Assembly (NCBI GenBank): GCA_040954595.2
Contig: CM082591.2
Location: 9,441,309 to 9,505,308, forward strand
Source: Balanoglossus misakiensis
Taxonomy: Eukaryota; Animalia; Hemichordata
Length of the DNA: 64,000 nucleotides
Reading direction: 5' to 3'
Positions 38,955 to 56,627 of the stretch are shown here, in pieces; position 1 is the first letter of the stretch; each line of letters opens with the position of its first letter. Under the pieces are notes generated by a model. That model did not search any database and was not told the DNA's origin. It saw only the letters and a list, made by a program, of their open reading frames with translations. A program made the position numbers and the translations under genes.

Positions 38955-39015
38955 CTGCAATGATTGTAGCGGGTGCTGCTAGGTTACCTAGCAGCACCCG
39001 CTACAATCATTGCAG
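38955..39015. repeat. Perfect 61-bp palindrome (30-bp arms, 1-nt centre)
   Basis: CTGCAATGATTGTAGCGGGTGCTGCTAGGT-T-ACCTAGCAGCACCCGCTACAATCATTGCAG. Confidence 0.97.
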
Positions 39016-41144
39016 ATAGAAATTGACTTATTTATCATGATAACATGATCAGCTGTTATCGAGACACGGGGTCATGAGCAGATGTCTTACCCAGTCTTCG
39101 CAAAGTTTGTCCAATATTTCATGATCTTCAGCGACATAGTGACCTCCTATGGTGGCATTGTCCAGTTCTTCAGCCTCAGGCCAAAGTGACCTCCGAACGC
39201 CTACTGGAGATCTTTCCCTTGGGCAGCCTTCATCCATATGATTCGCCACAGTGAGTTTTGCAGGTATGTGAGACAGGTGGTACATGTATACATTGGCTCC
39301 AGCTTGCTTTCAGTGTAAAGAATATTCTCGCAAACTGAACTTTTCTAGAATGGGTCTCACTCTCACAAAAGCGTACAGAGCTGACGATGACGCTTCGAGT
39401 CCAATTTATGTGACGGGCAAGATTATGATGGCAAGGCACAACTTGAGTGTACGCAAAGAACTTACCTGAAGCGGAGAAATAGACCCAGTGAAATGTCTTT
39501 CAGGATAAACAAAACTTAACAGAAAATTGAATATTCAACGGAGCTGAAAAATCCAAGTCTCAAATCATGGTTGGAGTACCAGAACTTTCAATTTTCCCAC
39601 TATGCCTTGCGATAAAACTGTTCTCATCTAGCAGCAAGCGCCATCTACGTTCGAATCTCTCTCTCTCTCTCTCATATGTCAAAACTTTATTACATTACCA
39701 TACATATGCCTAGGCGACTGGTACGATGCGTGCGGCGATGATGATGTAGACTGTGATGTCTCCGCTGGTATTATTATTTGCGTTGCCACAATTCTTGGGA
39801 TGGCCCCCGTCCATGTTGACATTCGTGGCGGGGCCGAAGAAGCGATGCCGTAAGGGTACGGAGCCGCCATCGGATGTCGGTCTGAGAGGCTGCTGTGATA
39901 TCTACACGAATTCGCTTCGACCGGGGCAATTAAATCTTCCACACGGTAGCCCATTTTCTTGCTTTCGCCGAAATGTGGATTGCAATACCTCGGCCGGTAG
40001 TCTGACGGACGTACTCCGTAGGCTGGATTTCTCGGTGGGGATCGAGATTGGGCGGAGTAGATGGGATTTCTTTTCTGGCGTTGCGCGGCATGGCCGCCGT
40101 TACCTTCGCAAAATTGACGAAATGTGTTTTTCAGAGACGACATCGGAAAACTTAGATCAAACGGGTCACTTTCGCAAGTCGCCGGCGCCGTAGTACCACG
40201 TTTTAAAGCGTGCGCGTCTTGCGTGTATGAATGAATCTGACTTGAGTTGAAACTTTGTGATCCAATCAAGCATCCTTTTCTGTAGAAGAAGCTTCCATTC
40301 TTGGAGTGGGTGGGGAAGAGTTGACAAAATAACTTGTGGAATCAAAGTATTCGCCTCCTCATAACTTCACCGATTTCTGAGGTGAATGTATTTCATAAAT
40401 TGCCACCTCCATATCCTACCGTCATCGGAAGGTATATAAACAGATGAGAACTTCAATGAGACCAAAGTTGGTTAGACGCACCATCACCAAGTACCCGGTG
40501 GACGCGTCCTAACCGTGGGCGTTTCAGAGATGATTGACAGAGCAAATCAATCGAAAAGGCTGACACGTGCCAAGTACAATACCTGTCAATTATATCTCAG
40601 AATTGGGTTTCAAAAGAACCAACTTATTACTTTTTTCTATCAGAAAGACATAACACTTTACTGATCTGTCTTTCGTATACATTTTGCCTGATTATGGATA
40701 GGCCTATTTTACTGAAGAAAGGGGCCAACCAATAACAAATTTTACCACAAAAACGGTATTTCGATGAATACGAAAGGTTTCGCGGGTGACGTCATACGAG
40801 GGCCATAAAAATGTACATATACGCCTACCATACGGGTAAGCGGTGGTGTCATCTCTGTAATTCTTAGCCAATTATAATAGATTTTCATGGGTGAAAATTC
40901 AAGGCTAGGAAAAAATGGACAGCGTCATCCGGTTTTGAACCAACTTCAGCTGATTATGTATCGTGTATGTCGTTTTCGCAATTTTATAAAAGTAGAGAAG
41001 ATCTTCAAATAAATTACTGATCCATCTAGAACTATGTACAACTTCTTCTACAATAATTCAGCGTGTGTATAAAATTTTATAAACAAGCGAACAAACGTGT
41101 GAGGTGTTGTTGCCCCACCGAGAAATATACCCCATCACCACTAC

Positions 41145-44100
41145 CCTAGGAGATAGGTGCAGTTAATCAGAATTTTTGGTAAGGAAGGTTTGAGAAGTCC
41201 ATTCTATGTAAAAAATGGTGCTGATTCCAAAAATGTCAGTCTTATTGACCCCACTCAAGACAAAATTGCCATTTTGGCCATTTTTAACCCAAAAATGGTC
41301 TTTTTTAGAAAACACTAAAAACACACTGTTTTCGTCACATTCTGAGATCTGATGACATATGATATGCTTATTCTATGTAAAATTTGGTGAATATTACGAA
41401 AAAAGTAGTCCGATTGACCCAAAACAACAGAAAATTGCCTTTTTGACCATTTTTTGCCCAAAAAACGTCATTTTTAGAAAACATTTAAAACACACGGTTT
41501 TCTTCATAATGATTGATCTGGTGATATATGGAATGTCAATTCTATGTTAAAAGTGGTGACTTTTAAAAATAAAGCAGTCTTTTTTGGCCTCAATCAATAC
41601 AAAAATGCCATTTTTGGCCACTTTTTGAGGTCAAAAAAGGTCATTTTTACAAAAAAAACTAAAAATAAATTGTGTTTTACATATTCAGAGATCATTGGAT
41701 ATATGAAATGTCCATTCTATGTAAAAAATGGTGCTGATTCCAGAAATAGCAGTCTTATTGACCCTACTCAAGAAAAAAATGCCATTTTTGCCACTTTTTG
41801 CCCAAAAACGTCATTTTTAGAAAACACTCAAAATTTATATATTTTCTTCACTTTCGGAGATCTGATAATGTATTATATGCCCACCCTATGTAAAATTTGG
41901 TGATTATTCCAAAAAAGCAGATTTATTGACCCAACCTAATGCAAAAATGCCCTTTTGGAAAGTTTTTGCCCAAAAAGGCCATTTTTAGAAAACAATTTAA
42001 AAACAAACTTTTCATCATAAAGCTCAGAGATCATGTGATATATGAAATGTTCATCCTACGTAAAAAATGGTGCTGATTCCAGAAATAGCAGTCTTATTGA
42101 TCCTACTCAAGAAAAAATGCCATTTTTGCCACTTTTTGCCCCAAAAACGTCATTTTCAGAAAACACTCAAAATGTATATATTTTCTTCACTTTCGGAGAT
42201 CTGATAATGTATTATATGCCCACTATATGTGAAAAATTTCCAAAAAAGCAGTTTTATTGATGCCACTCAAGATAAAAGTGCCTTTTTGGCAATTTTTTGC
42301 CCAAAAAGTGTCATTTCTAGAAAATACGAAAAATATGCAATTTTCTTCCCATTGGTGATCTAATGATAAATAAAAGTAGGGACATTTAAAAAAAACGCTC
42401 TTGCTGACCCCACAGAGGGAAAAAAATGCCATTTTTGGCCTCTTTGCTCAAAAAGGTAACTGTTAGAAAAAATAAATACAAACTTATTCCTTCATATTCA
42501 GAGCCCTTGTGATGTATGTAAATTCGTTTTTTTTTGTGTGTGTGTGTGTGTGCAAAAAATATGCTGATACCAGCACAACGGTCTTATTAGTCCTGTTTCA
42601 TAAGTCAGGTCCATGACATATGTACCGACATCTGTGATTAGTCCATCTGGTAATCTTAGGTCCACTTGCGGCACGCTGATTGGAGGGACCTTATGTGTTA
42701 GGTCTTATTATTATGTATTATTCACTAGACCTTGTAGGTTAGGTCTTATTACTAAGTATTATTCGCTTTACAGCTCCCTGATTGGTTAATGTGTAGGTCT
42801 GGTCCTCCAGTGTTCACTGCCTCATTATGCAGGACCTTGTAGGTTAGGTCTTATTAATATGTATTTATTCAATTTTCAGCTCCCTGATTGGTTAATGTGT
42901 AGGTCTCCAGTTTTCACTGCCTCGTTATGCAAAGTCTTTTGTACTTTCTGGATACAGTTGTCGTATTCTGTCTGGCATGCTGCCTGCGCGTGGTCGAAGC
43001 TCGATCCCAATGTATAAAGAAAGGCACTCATATAATGATTGGATTTCACCTTTTCCTTCACTATTCATGGCATTTTATGTGATACTGTGAACTAGATACT
43101 CGAAATAAAAATTGTCAGGAGAAATTTCGTATTTTATTTCCAGTGGCGGTTTGTTGAAATGGGCTAGTGTTTTGTTACGTAATGTCTTTCAGCGCATCAC
43201 TTCGTGTAACACCTGGCTGAATACGAAGTGTGTGCTATTCATTCGAGCAAACCAAAAATATCTTACAATAGAAATGTTTAGAATAGCATTGCATTTCTTT
43301 GGGATACCTCATTAGTTGCTTTGCAGGTATGATAACTTTTATTGTACTTCTTTCACGAAGCTGCACCGTGAACACAATATAGGAATGTACAAACGGACAA
43401 CGTGGTCCTTATCACAACATCTTCGTCAAAACAAATTTACTTTAAAATAGTAATAACAACAATAATAAAATTGATGATGAGAAGTAGGAGGGTGATTAAA
43501 AAAATATACAACTGTTAGCAAAAATGCTTAGATGAGTAAATCAGATTTTCAAAGTCCATCTAAATGATCATTTAATCTTTCCAGGGTGCGGTTTATGTTG
43601 GAGATAGTATCAGTCAGGCTATTTCTCAGAAAATCAATGAACGATCTGCGGACAAACCGAATAATGTGTTACCACAACGCTAGCCAGGAAGCACATGGGA
43701 CATTTCACGATGAGGCAGTGAACACTGGGGGACCAGACTGACACGTTAACCAATCAGGGAGCTGTATGGTGAATAAATACATATTAATAAGACCTAACTT
43801 ACAAGGTCCTGCATAATGAGGCAGTGAACACTGGAGGACCAGACCTACACAATAACCAATCAGGGAGCTGTAAAGTGAATAATACATAGTAATAAGACCT
43901 AACCTACAGGGTCTGGTGAATAATGCATAGTAATAAGACCTAACACATAAGGTCCCTCCAATCAGCGTGCCACAAGTGGACCTTAGAGAAGCGGATAAAC
44001 CAATAAGAACATGCAATACATGTGCATAGGACGTGTAATGTAGGTCATTTTGAAACAGGACTATTGAGACACCCCGCTCAGTACAAAATTGCCATTTAGC

Positions 44101-46686
44101 CATCTTTTGGTCAACAATAGGCATTTTCAGAAAACAAATATAATTGATGTTTTGCCTTTTGTGTTCTGATGTTGTATATGCATATTTAAAACGCCATAAC
44201 CATATAATATCAATTAAATTGATGATATTGAAAGACAGGGTTGCCACAATTTGGCACATTTAGCCCAAAACTGAACTCAACAATAAGATGATCCATGTAT
44301 ACGCACTGTCTACTATAAGTCGATTATGCGTGGTGTGAAATATTTAGGTTCAGATATGCCAGCTCGGGAGAGATTGTTGAAATTTATTCTCTTCAATCTG
44401 AATACAAATTCAGAAATTATAGTATAATTTATATCATGATACCTCCGTCATACTGATTGGACAGGAGTGCAACCCAATTGAACGATGCTAGAATACTCAA
44501 TAGAGCACTGCTAAAACTGGCCCCTGAACTAGCACGCAGCAGGGAAAATGTGGGCTTAAACCAAATAAACATAATAAAAACACTTAAATTCCTTGACGTT
44601 TTAATTTGGAACTGCTGTATGGGAATATTTGGGCAATGTGCAATGCCTTTCTTTTGTCATCTGTATCATGTTTAGAGCTTGGTCCCGGGCGGCGTGTTTA
44701 CATTCATCGACGCGAGTTTTGTTCAATTCGTAACTTCTTTTCCTCTCGACGCTGTTTCATCATCATTATGAATTCACATTGGGCTAATTATGCAAAAAGT
44801 CCAAATACAAACATTTTTTCGGTACAAAATGGCTAAAAGGATGAATTTTTCTTGAGTAGATCTATTTTTGGCTACAAAAGCCAAAAAGGCAATTTTGACT
44901 AGAGTGGGGCCAACCAGACTGCCGTTTTTGGAATAGTCACCAAATTTTACACAGAATGGACTTTTCATACATGATCAGATCTCTGAATATGAAGAAAACA
45001 ATTTGTCTTTAGTTTGTTTGTTTTTAATGAACATTTTTGACCAATAAAGTGGCCGAAATTACAAATTTCAATTGAATAGGGTAAGTAAGACTTCCGTTTT
45101 TGGAACAGTAACCACGTTTCAATATAGAATGGGCTTTTATTTATAATAAGATCACCGAAAGTGAAGAAAAGAGAATGCTATTAATATATTCTTAAAAATA
45201 ACAATTTTGTGCAAAACTTAGCCAAAAAGGTGATTTCATCATGGTTGAGGTCATTAAGACTGCAATTCTGGAAACAACACCTATTTTACAATAAATGTAC
45301 TTTTCACACATCATAGAATCTCCAAATAAGAATCAGACAGTTTGTTTTTAATGATTTTCGAAAAGTGGCTTTTTGGGCAAAAACTTGTCAAAAAAGCACT
45401 GTTTTCTTGAGTGGCGCCAGTAAAAAAACTTTTTTTATTTTTTTTCACATAGAATGGGTATATAATACATCATCATCTCCGAAAGTGAAGAAAATATAAA
45501 AGTTTTGGGTGTTTTCTAGAAATGACACTTTTTGGGCAAAAACTTGCCAAAAGGCTTTTTTATCTTGAGTGGCATCAATAAAACTGCTTTTTGGAAATTT
45601 TTCACATATAGTGGGCATATAATACATTATCAGATCTCCGAAAGTGAAGAAAATATATACATTTTGAGTGTTTTCTGAAAATGACGTTTTTGGGGCAAAA
45701 AGTGGCAAAAATTGCATTTTTTCTTGAGTAGGATCAATAAGACTGCTATTTCTGGAATCAGCACCATTTTTTACATAGGATGAACATTTCATATATCACA
45801 TGATCTCTGAGCTTTATGATGAAAAGTTTGTTTTTAATTTTTTTTCTAAAAATGGCGTTTTTGGGCAAAAACTTTCCAAAAGGGCATTTTTGCATTAGGT
45901 TGGGTCAATAAATCTGCTTTTTTGGAATAATCACCAAATTTTACATAGGGTGGGCATATAATACATTATCGGATCTCCGAAAGTGAAGAAAATATATAAA
46001 TTTTGAGTGTTTTCTAAAAATGACGTTTTTGGGCAAAAAGTGGCAAAAATGGCATTTTTTTCTTGAGTAGGGTCAATAAGACTGCTATTTCTGGAATCAG
46101 CACCATTTTTTACATAGAATGGACATTTCATATATCCAATGATCTCTGAATATGAAAAACACAATTTATTTTTAGTTTTTTTTGTAAAAATGACCTTTTT
46201 TGACCTCAAAAAGTGGCCAAAAATGGCATTTTTGTATTGATTGAGGCCAAAAAGACTGCTTTAGTTTTAAAAGTCACCACTTTTAACATAGAATTGACAT
46301 TCCATATATCACCAGATCAATCACTATGAAGAAAACCGTGTGTTTTAAATGTTTTCTAAAAATGACGTTTTTTGGGCAAACAATGGTCAAAAAGGCAATT
46401 TTCTGTTGTTTTGGGTCAATCGGACTACTTTTTTCGTAATATTCACCAAATTTTACATAGAATAAGCATATCATATGTCATCAGATCTCAGAATGTGACG
46501 AAAACAGTGTGTTTTTAGTGTTTTCTAAAAAAGACCATTTTTGGGTTAAAAATGGCCAAAATGGCAATTTTGTCTTGAGTGTGGTCAATAAGACTGACAT
46601 TTTTGGAATCAGCACCATTTTTAAATAGAATGGACTTCTCAAACCTTCCTTACCAAAAATTCTGATTAACGGCACCTATCTCCTGG
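41145..46686. mobile_element. Foldback-type element with long inverted arms built of about 170-bp tandem units
   Basis: Outer ~1.15 kb are near-identical inverted copies (41145-42330 and 45490-46686), with likely TSD ACTAC. The sub-repeat CCATTCTATGTAAAAAATGGTG recurs about every 170 bp. A second inner inverted pair lies at about 42657-42925 and 43710-43985. No transposase. Confidence 0.88.
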
Positions 46687-46908
46687 ACTACACCACCACC
46701 ATCATGAACATCAACAACAACAACAACAGTAATTGTGTCAGTGCATGTTCGAGCTGGTAGCATAATATATCACGCAGTTCAGAGTTGGTGACATACGCTT
46801 ACTTCAGGGTCGCGAACTTTAAGACATGCAAATTTCCACGAACGTTTATCACTGCGCACAGACGATAAGTACCGCGTTGTTGTTGGTGCACGGAATTTTG
46901 TTGAGGCG

Positions 46909-50916
<4,008 letters not shown>

Positions 50917-52038
50917 AGGGACGTTAGCTGTATTTCTTGCATAATTTCCAGTATTTTTGTTCTGTGTACCTATGCAATTGGTTCTACACCAAACAGAATG
51001 CTGATATACATGTACCCAGTACCCCGCTTCAGTGTTAACAACGCCTGTCTGTAATGACCACCATTTTTTTAAAATTGCAGGAATTTTCGATTATCTTTAA
51101 TTTTTGGCCATTTTGTCATAAATAAGTGTTGGTCTTGATATACTATCATGAAATATCATTTAATAGACAAAATTAAAAGCATATATGGGATTATTTTAAA
51201 CTTGAATTTAAATGCGCTGTGTTGTGATATAATTCAATATAACCCTTGAAGAGTATCGGGCAGATGGTAAGATCAAGCGCCTCATATTTATCACAGTGAT
51301 GGTGGTTTCTCGCTTCCGCATTAAAGGGTCAAATCGTTTGTTTCCAATAAACAGTTATGTGCTAACACAAAGGATTTCTTATTTGCCTTTATTGTTCTGC
51401 CCTGGGATCGAGAAAATGGCCTTTAAGTAGCCTTCGTGATGGTATTTTATTTAGTGTACATTGTGCGTCAGTTTTGGTAACGATTCAGAACCCCAATACA
51501 CCAGCGAAGGTTGTTAAAAATGCCGCTGTGATTCCCCAAAATTTAAAAAATAAAAATCCATCGAACAAAGGCTGGCCTGGAAGAATCTGAGAAGCTTGTC
51601 TGTGGTTGGTTTATTTCTTTTGTGGTTCTTAGTAAGACCATTCTGTGATTGTGTTCAATAGATGTGTTACTAATTGGAGGTTATGTATAAGTGGCGCGCT
51701 TGTTTACAAAAACTAGGGAATGTTGGCAGAATTAATTTCCAATATGGCGTTTACTGTAATTTGAATCATGGGAAAAAAGCGCGTACGTCACCATCAACAG
51801 TTTTTTAATCGCAATATTTCAGGAGGTTACAATACCTCTACAACATGGGCAGCTTTGCACTTTCTGAACGCACAATTAATGAGATAAACAGTCAGATTTG
51901 CGTACATCTTATGCTTTATTTATTTACTTATTTGATGACCCACCACCTTTGTCCAATTCAACATGTAACACTGTTGAAGACATCGACTTGAATGAGCAAA
52001 AGCCGTCGACTGTAGCTTTGTGATAATGCAGGTATTGA

Positions 52039-54156
52039 TCACTCGCAGCCTGGCACGTTTTCAGGATAATCACAAACATCTAACTCAGGATTAAACACCA
52101 AGTCTGCAGGGCAGTCGAAGTCAGACCTTATATCATGGATGCATACGTAAAACTTGGTGCAGTCGGTAGGATGTGGAAAGATACCATCTTCAGTGCATAC
52201 GATTTCTGCAAAAAAAAATGAATGTCAACAGAAAGCGTCCATCATATATTTTGGCACCATGCCCCCATATGTAATACTTATATTTTATTTCGGTTGGACG
52301 TTTGTTTCATTTGTGTTTTGCATATATTTCATGTAGTCCTCATCAAAATGCGTGGTCACGTCTAACAGCGTCACAATTGATCTTCAGAGGGCTGAGTCAC
52401 GGATAGGTGTAAATTGTTGGCGATTTTGTGCCCCAAGCTGTTGACCGGGCATTTCATTTTGTGGGATAAAATCCTTGATAACGTGCGCCGTCGACCTCAT
52501 ATTTTTCAAATGTTGTTCATGCGAGATACGCGTTATGTTCTGACCCACCTCCTAGTTTCTTACATATGGACGACCGATTTTCTCTGCACTTCAGGTCGTT
52601 CCATTTCCCATGACTGTAGATATTGACACAGTCTTCTCCTCCCAAATCGTTTGGTTCATTCGGAGACCAATAGAAAAAATCGGGCTACGAAACAGAAATA
52701 GAAAAATCAATAGGTAATTGGAACCTTGAAAACTACAGTTGTTTATATTCGCGTAGAGTTTCACATTGAACAGAATATTGGAATCCTTGCTTTCTGGGAG
52801 ATCCAGAATAGAGGCGCTACTTACGTCAGTACCGTCAATCCACTGCCAGTCCCGTTCACTCGTCACATCAATCATACCTATCCAAGTCACACCGTCAGGT
52901 GATAATCCTACGAATTTTAGATTAAGTCTCAAATTATGGAGAATTCATCTTTGATACATTTATATAGGGGTTACACAGGCACCATTAAGACGGTTCTGAA
53001 GCGTCTTAGATTATAAACCGTCTTTAAAAATCGTGTGTGGACGGTGTAAGTGGTCCTTAAACGGCTCAGATTTGAAACGGCTTTGCTGGCCAGACCTAAG
53101 CCGGTGTAAGGATTAACACCTCTCTGCAACCCATTGTCTATGGGGCCGAGCCTCAGCGCCTATACATAAACTTTGTGTGTGTGGACACAAGGCGACTCAA
53201 AGGATTAATGCTCTGTGTTTAACATAGGGAAATAGTGTCTCAAATTTTACCCTGAGTGAACCTGGTAATAGGCCTCTCAGGAGTGACGTATAGAAATGTC
53301 ATGTAATCGCTTGTTTTCATACCCATCCAATTATCATGTCAAATCTGACTAGCAAGACAATACATTCGTATCACTAAAGATGAGGTATACCCAATGTTTT
53401 CAAAGCAGAGATTAGCCGTTACAATCAAGTCGATACCATTAAAATAAAGTGGTATTAAACTGGTCTAATATTGTTCCTTACCTCCCACATATGTGGACTC
53501 CTCCACATCACTCAAAATGGCTAAAGTGGCGCCTTTTTCTTCACATGCTGCTCGAGCATTTGTATACTGCTTCAGCCCTGTCTCGACGAAATAGCAGAAG
53601 TCACCGCGCATGACCCAGCCTTCCTCACACGTCTAAACGGTATAGGTTGAAAAGTTGGATGGTAAGTGTGTGCTAAACATTCGAAAAAAATGCCGAATAA
53701 TTACACCCAAGACCAGAAGAAGTTTGTGAGTTTGATGACTGTTTGATGACTGTTTTCAAAGAAAGGGCAATTACACACACATTGCATGGCTACAACTTAG
53801 ACAATTCTATCTTGTTGACCGATTCTCATTTTTTTTAGCGCAGTCGAAGGTAGAATAGAGGTCATAGTTTAGGTTATTGTCTGGAAGAGATGCATATTGT
53901 ATCCAATATTTTGCACATATTGCATGAACTTGTGAACACAAAAACTATTGGACGGATTTTATTTCCCATTGATTGTTGAAGACTGGTTCCACAAAAGTTT
54001 AAACTGGTTGCACCGTTTACACTATTTTGTAGTGTAATTACCGGTATACGGGGACAGTTTTTGTTGTATGATCAACGAAAACCAAAATTCACATACCACA
54101 TCAGGCTTGGCACAAACTGCAGGGAAAAGAAATAACACAACGACGTGGAACTTCAT
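52039..54156 (-). CDS. Secreted C-type lectin (EPN/WND) fused to a chitin-binding peritrophin-A (CBM14) domain (198 aa)
   Basis: Exons 54156-54097 (signal peptide), 53632-53482, 52907-52825, 52684-52549, 52205-52039, in frame (597 nt). CTLD CEEGW..CYF, WIGM, EPNDLGGEDCV, WNDLKC. CBM14 CTEDGIFPHPTDCTKFYVC...CPADLVFNPELDVCDYPENVPGC. AATAAA on the - strand near 51915. Confidence 0.93.
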
Positions 54157-55151
54157 TTTCTTAGGATTCCGCGAATGAACCTGGAATGATGGAGAGAAAT
54201 AGAAAAACCAGTCACAATAATGATTCTATCCATATATGGCCCACACTAATGAATACAAAATGAGATAAATTGTACGTCGAGATTGAGTAATGCCTACACT
54301 ATGCGAAAATAAGATGTCAGTCAGTATACATTGTGATGCTCGAAAATGTACCATTTATATGAACAAACGCATATGGTAAACATCGCGGTCACTCCACAGT
54401 GTAAACACATAACACAGTATATTCCACAAACTCGTCGGAAGAGATACAACTCTATTGTAGAGAACATTAACGTGAACGGCATGAAGCATGCACGCAGAAA
54501 TATTAAGTCAAAAACTCACCTGTATAGATTTCTCACTGCAAGGCTATCGAACTTGTCGGATGCTTCCTTCTGGACAGTGTGATGGCTATTGCTACATCAT
54601 TGCCTTATATTTCATATGAAGCACTGAGCTCTGAAGATGTCGATTATAAAAATAGCTTAATTAACATGACCATTTTGGCATAATTGCGTGTGAGTAAAAA
54701 GTTGACGAAAGAGCCCAATGCGGTGTGATCTTTTAGTGCAGGTTTTTAATCTGCTTCCATTTTATTACTTTCACTAAAAGCTTTCCCAAAATATCTCAAA
54801 TCGTGTTGGCTTAAAGCTCGTTAACGTTAGATATACACTTATTGATTTATGGTTTTAAAAACAACAAAGCATTAAAAAATCATCAAACTGTCAAAATGCG
54901 AACGTGTCCAGTACATAAACATTACAGAAAAGTTATATAGCAGTAAAACATGCCCAAAACAAGTTTAAGGAATATATCCTCTGGTGGTATATTCGTCAAC
55001 ATGCTCGAAGTCTTTTATTTAGCGTGTATACAATGATACCACAAACCAGTCAGACGACAGAACAACAATCTCATTTGTGGCAGTACATAACCTTGTTTTA
55101 GAAAGTACAGTAAAATGTGCTGTATTCCAGGTTTTTGATTCATGATCAAAA

Positions 55152-55156
<5 letters not shown>

Positions 55157-55234
<78 letters not shown>
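55157..55234. repeat. (GA)n microsatellite
   Basis: Pure GA run. Confidence 0.98.
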
Positions 55235-55238
<4 letters not shown>

Positions 55239-56283
55239 CCTGACAGGGACTTGTCATCAATCATTGGTTCAGAAGCAATGAGAAATTACAAAAATAAAAA
55301 AAACATTAAGTGGTTTTGCAAATGCAAGTAATTCGACAACCAGCGTAAATGTATTTATAATTTGTTAATAACAATAAATAAATACAAGTGCTTGCCAGCA
55401 ACACCTTTAATGCCCATTCCAAATTTATAGTCTGTGTATTTTTAGAATGGGAGAATGTGCAGACCACGCAGAGATAAACATATTCCCTCCCCCACCCTCT
55501 AACAAGGAGGAACTTGTCGAACACTGACGGTGGCCAAGTCGTGTTTCCACAAATTCCCCTTTCCATTTGAAAGAAAATGCCTTCTTGACAATACTTTTTC
55601 CAGCAATGTAGTTGACGGACTCAGTTACAAACTGTGTCTGCTCTTCCCATTCAACGCGAAAATGAAACGCCTTACGTGTCCTGGACCGCCATTTATGCAA
55701 TCACTCTATTCCTAATCAACTGGACTGATGAAAATATCTATGTTCAGTACATTCCTTCTGTGCGAGAGTCACGTGAAAAGAGGATATGGGAGTGAGACCG
55801 CACCCTGGGCTAAATTAACACAGTAAAACTGTCGATTGGAGTACACACCTTCCTATGCCAGGGAAGAATCGGGCAGGTCGTTAACAATGCATGGCCATCC
55901 ATATAGTGTTTTTTTTTTAGAGAAGCGTGTATTTTTATTCACAATTAACGAAAAGTTCAACATAGCATAAATGCTGGTAGATTGAAGGTATTGTTTTCGC
56001 GAGGGTTTGGCTATTCCCAATACAAGACAAAAAAAATAATATGTGCTGTTTCGATTACATGGTTTTCAAAAATATGGTAGGTAGGTAGGTAGGTAGGTAG
56101 GAAGGTAGATAGGTAGGTATTGTTTACACGATCGCCGTGTAAACAAACAGCCCACACGCGACTGTGCTCCGTACGCCACGAAGTCTAGTCAACAGAGTGC
56201 CAAAACGAGGCAGCTCACTTTATTACCATAAGTCAACATAGAGGGCAGTATTACAGATAGTAATGTACAAAGCGTTCATAGTG

Positions 56284-56474
56284 AACACCTATTGCCTGGC
56301 CATGAGGGCCATAGCAGCCGTTTATTACAACCGAGGGGCTGTGAGTTACCAGAATCACATGCTATTTCCCGAAGCCGTAGGCCGAGGGAAATAGAGTATG
56401 ATTCTGGTAACTCACAGCCACGAGGGGGTAAAATCGGCTGCTATGGCCCGAATATAGGCCAGGCCATAGGTGTT
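56284..56474 (+). repeat. 190-bp hairpin, Crypton-like end
   Basis: Arms CACCTAT..GCCTGGCC..GGCCATAGCAGCCG..GGCTGTGAGTTACCAGAATCA..CTATTTCC and their complements, GA/GA internal loops and a CC-GTA-GG tip. Confidence 0.8.
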
Positions 56475-56627
56475 TTATAATAAACCTCATGCTTACAGTT
56501 TGGAAAATCTTGCAATTTTCTCTTGAGGTTGGCAGACGACATCTTCAGCGGTGGCCATTGTGTCAGACGACCGACGCTGATTGACGTGACCGAGTCTGCG
56601 CACTCACGCTGGTCACGTGACCGGTTT

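Noticed and set aside
41359-46675. Paired Phe/Lys-rich ORFs in the foldback arms
   Set aside because: Chance frames in AT-rich tandem repeats, mirrored by the inverted duplication.
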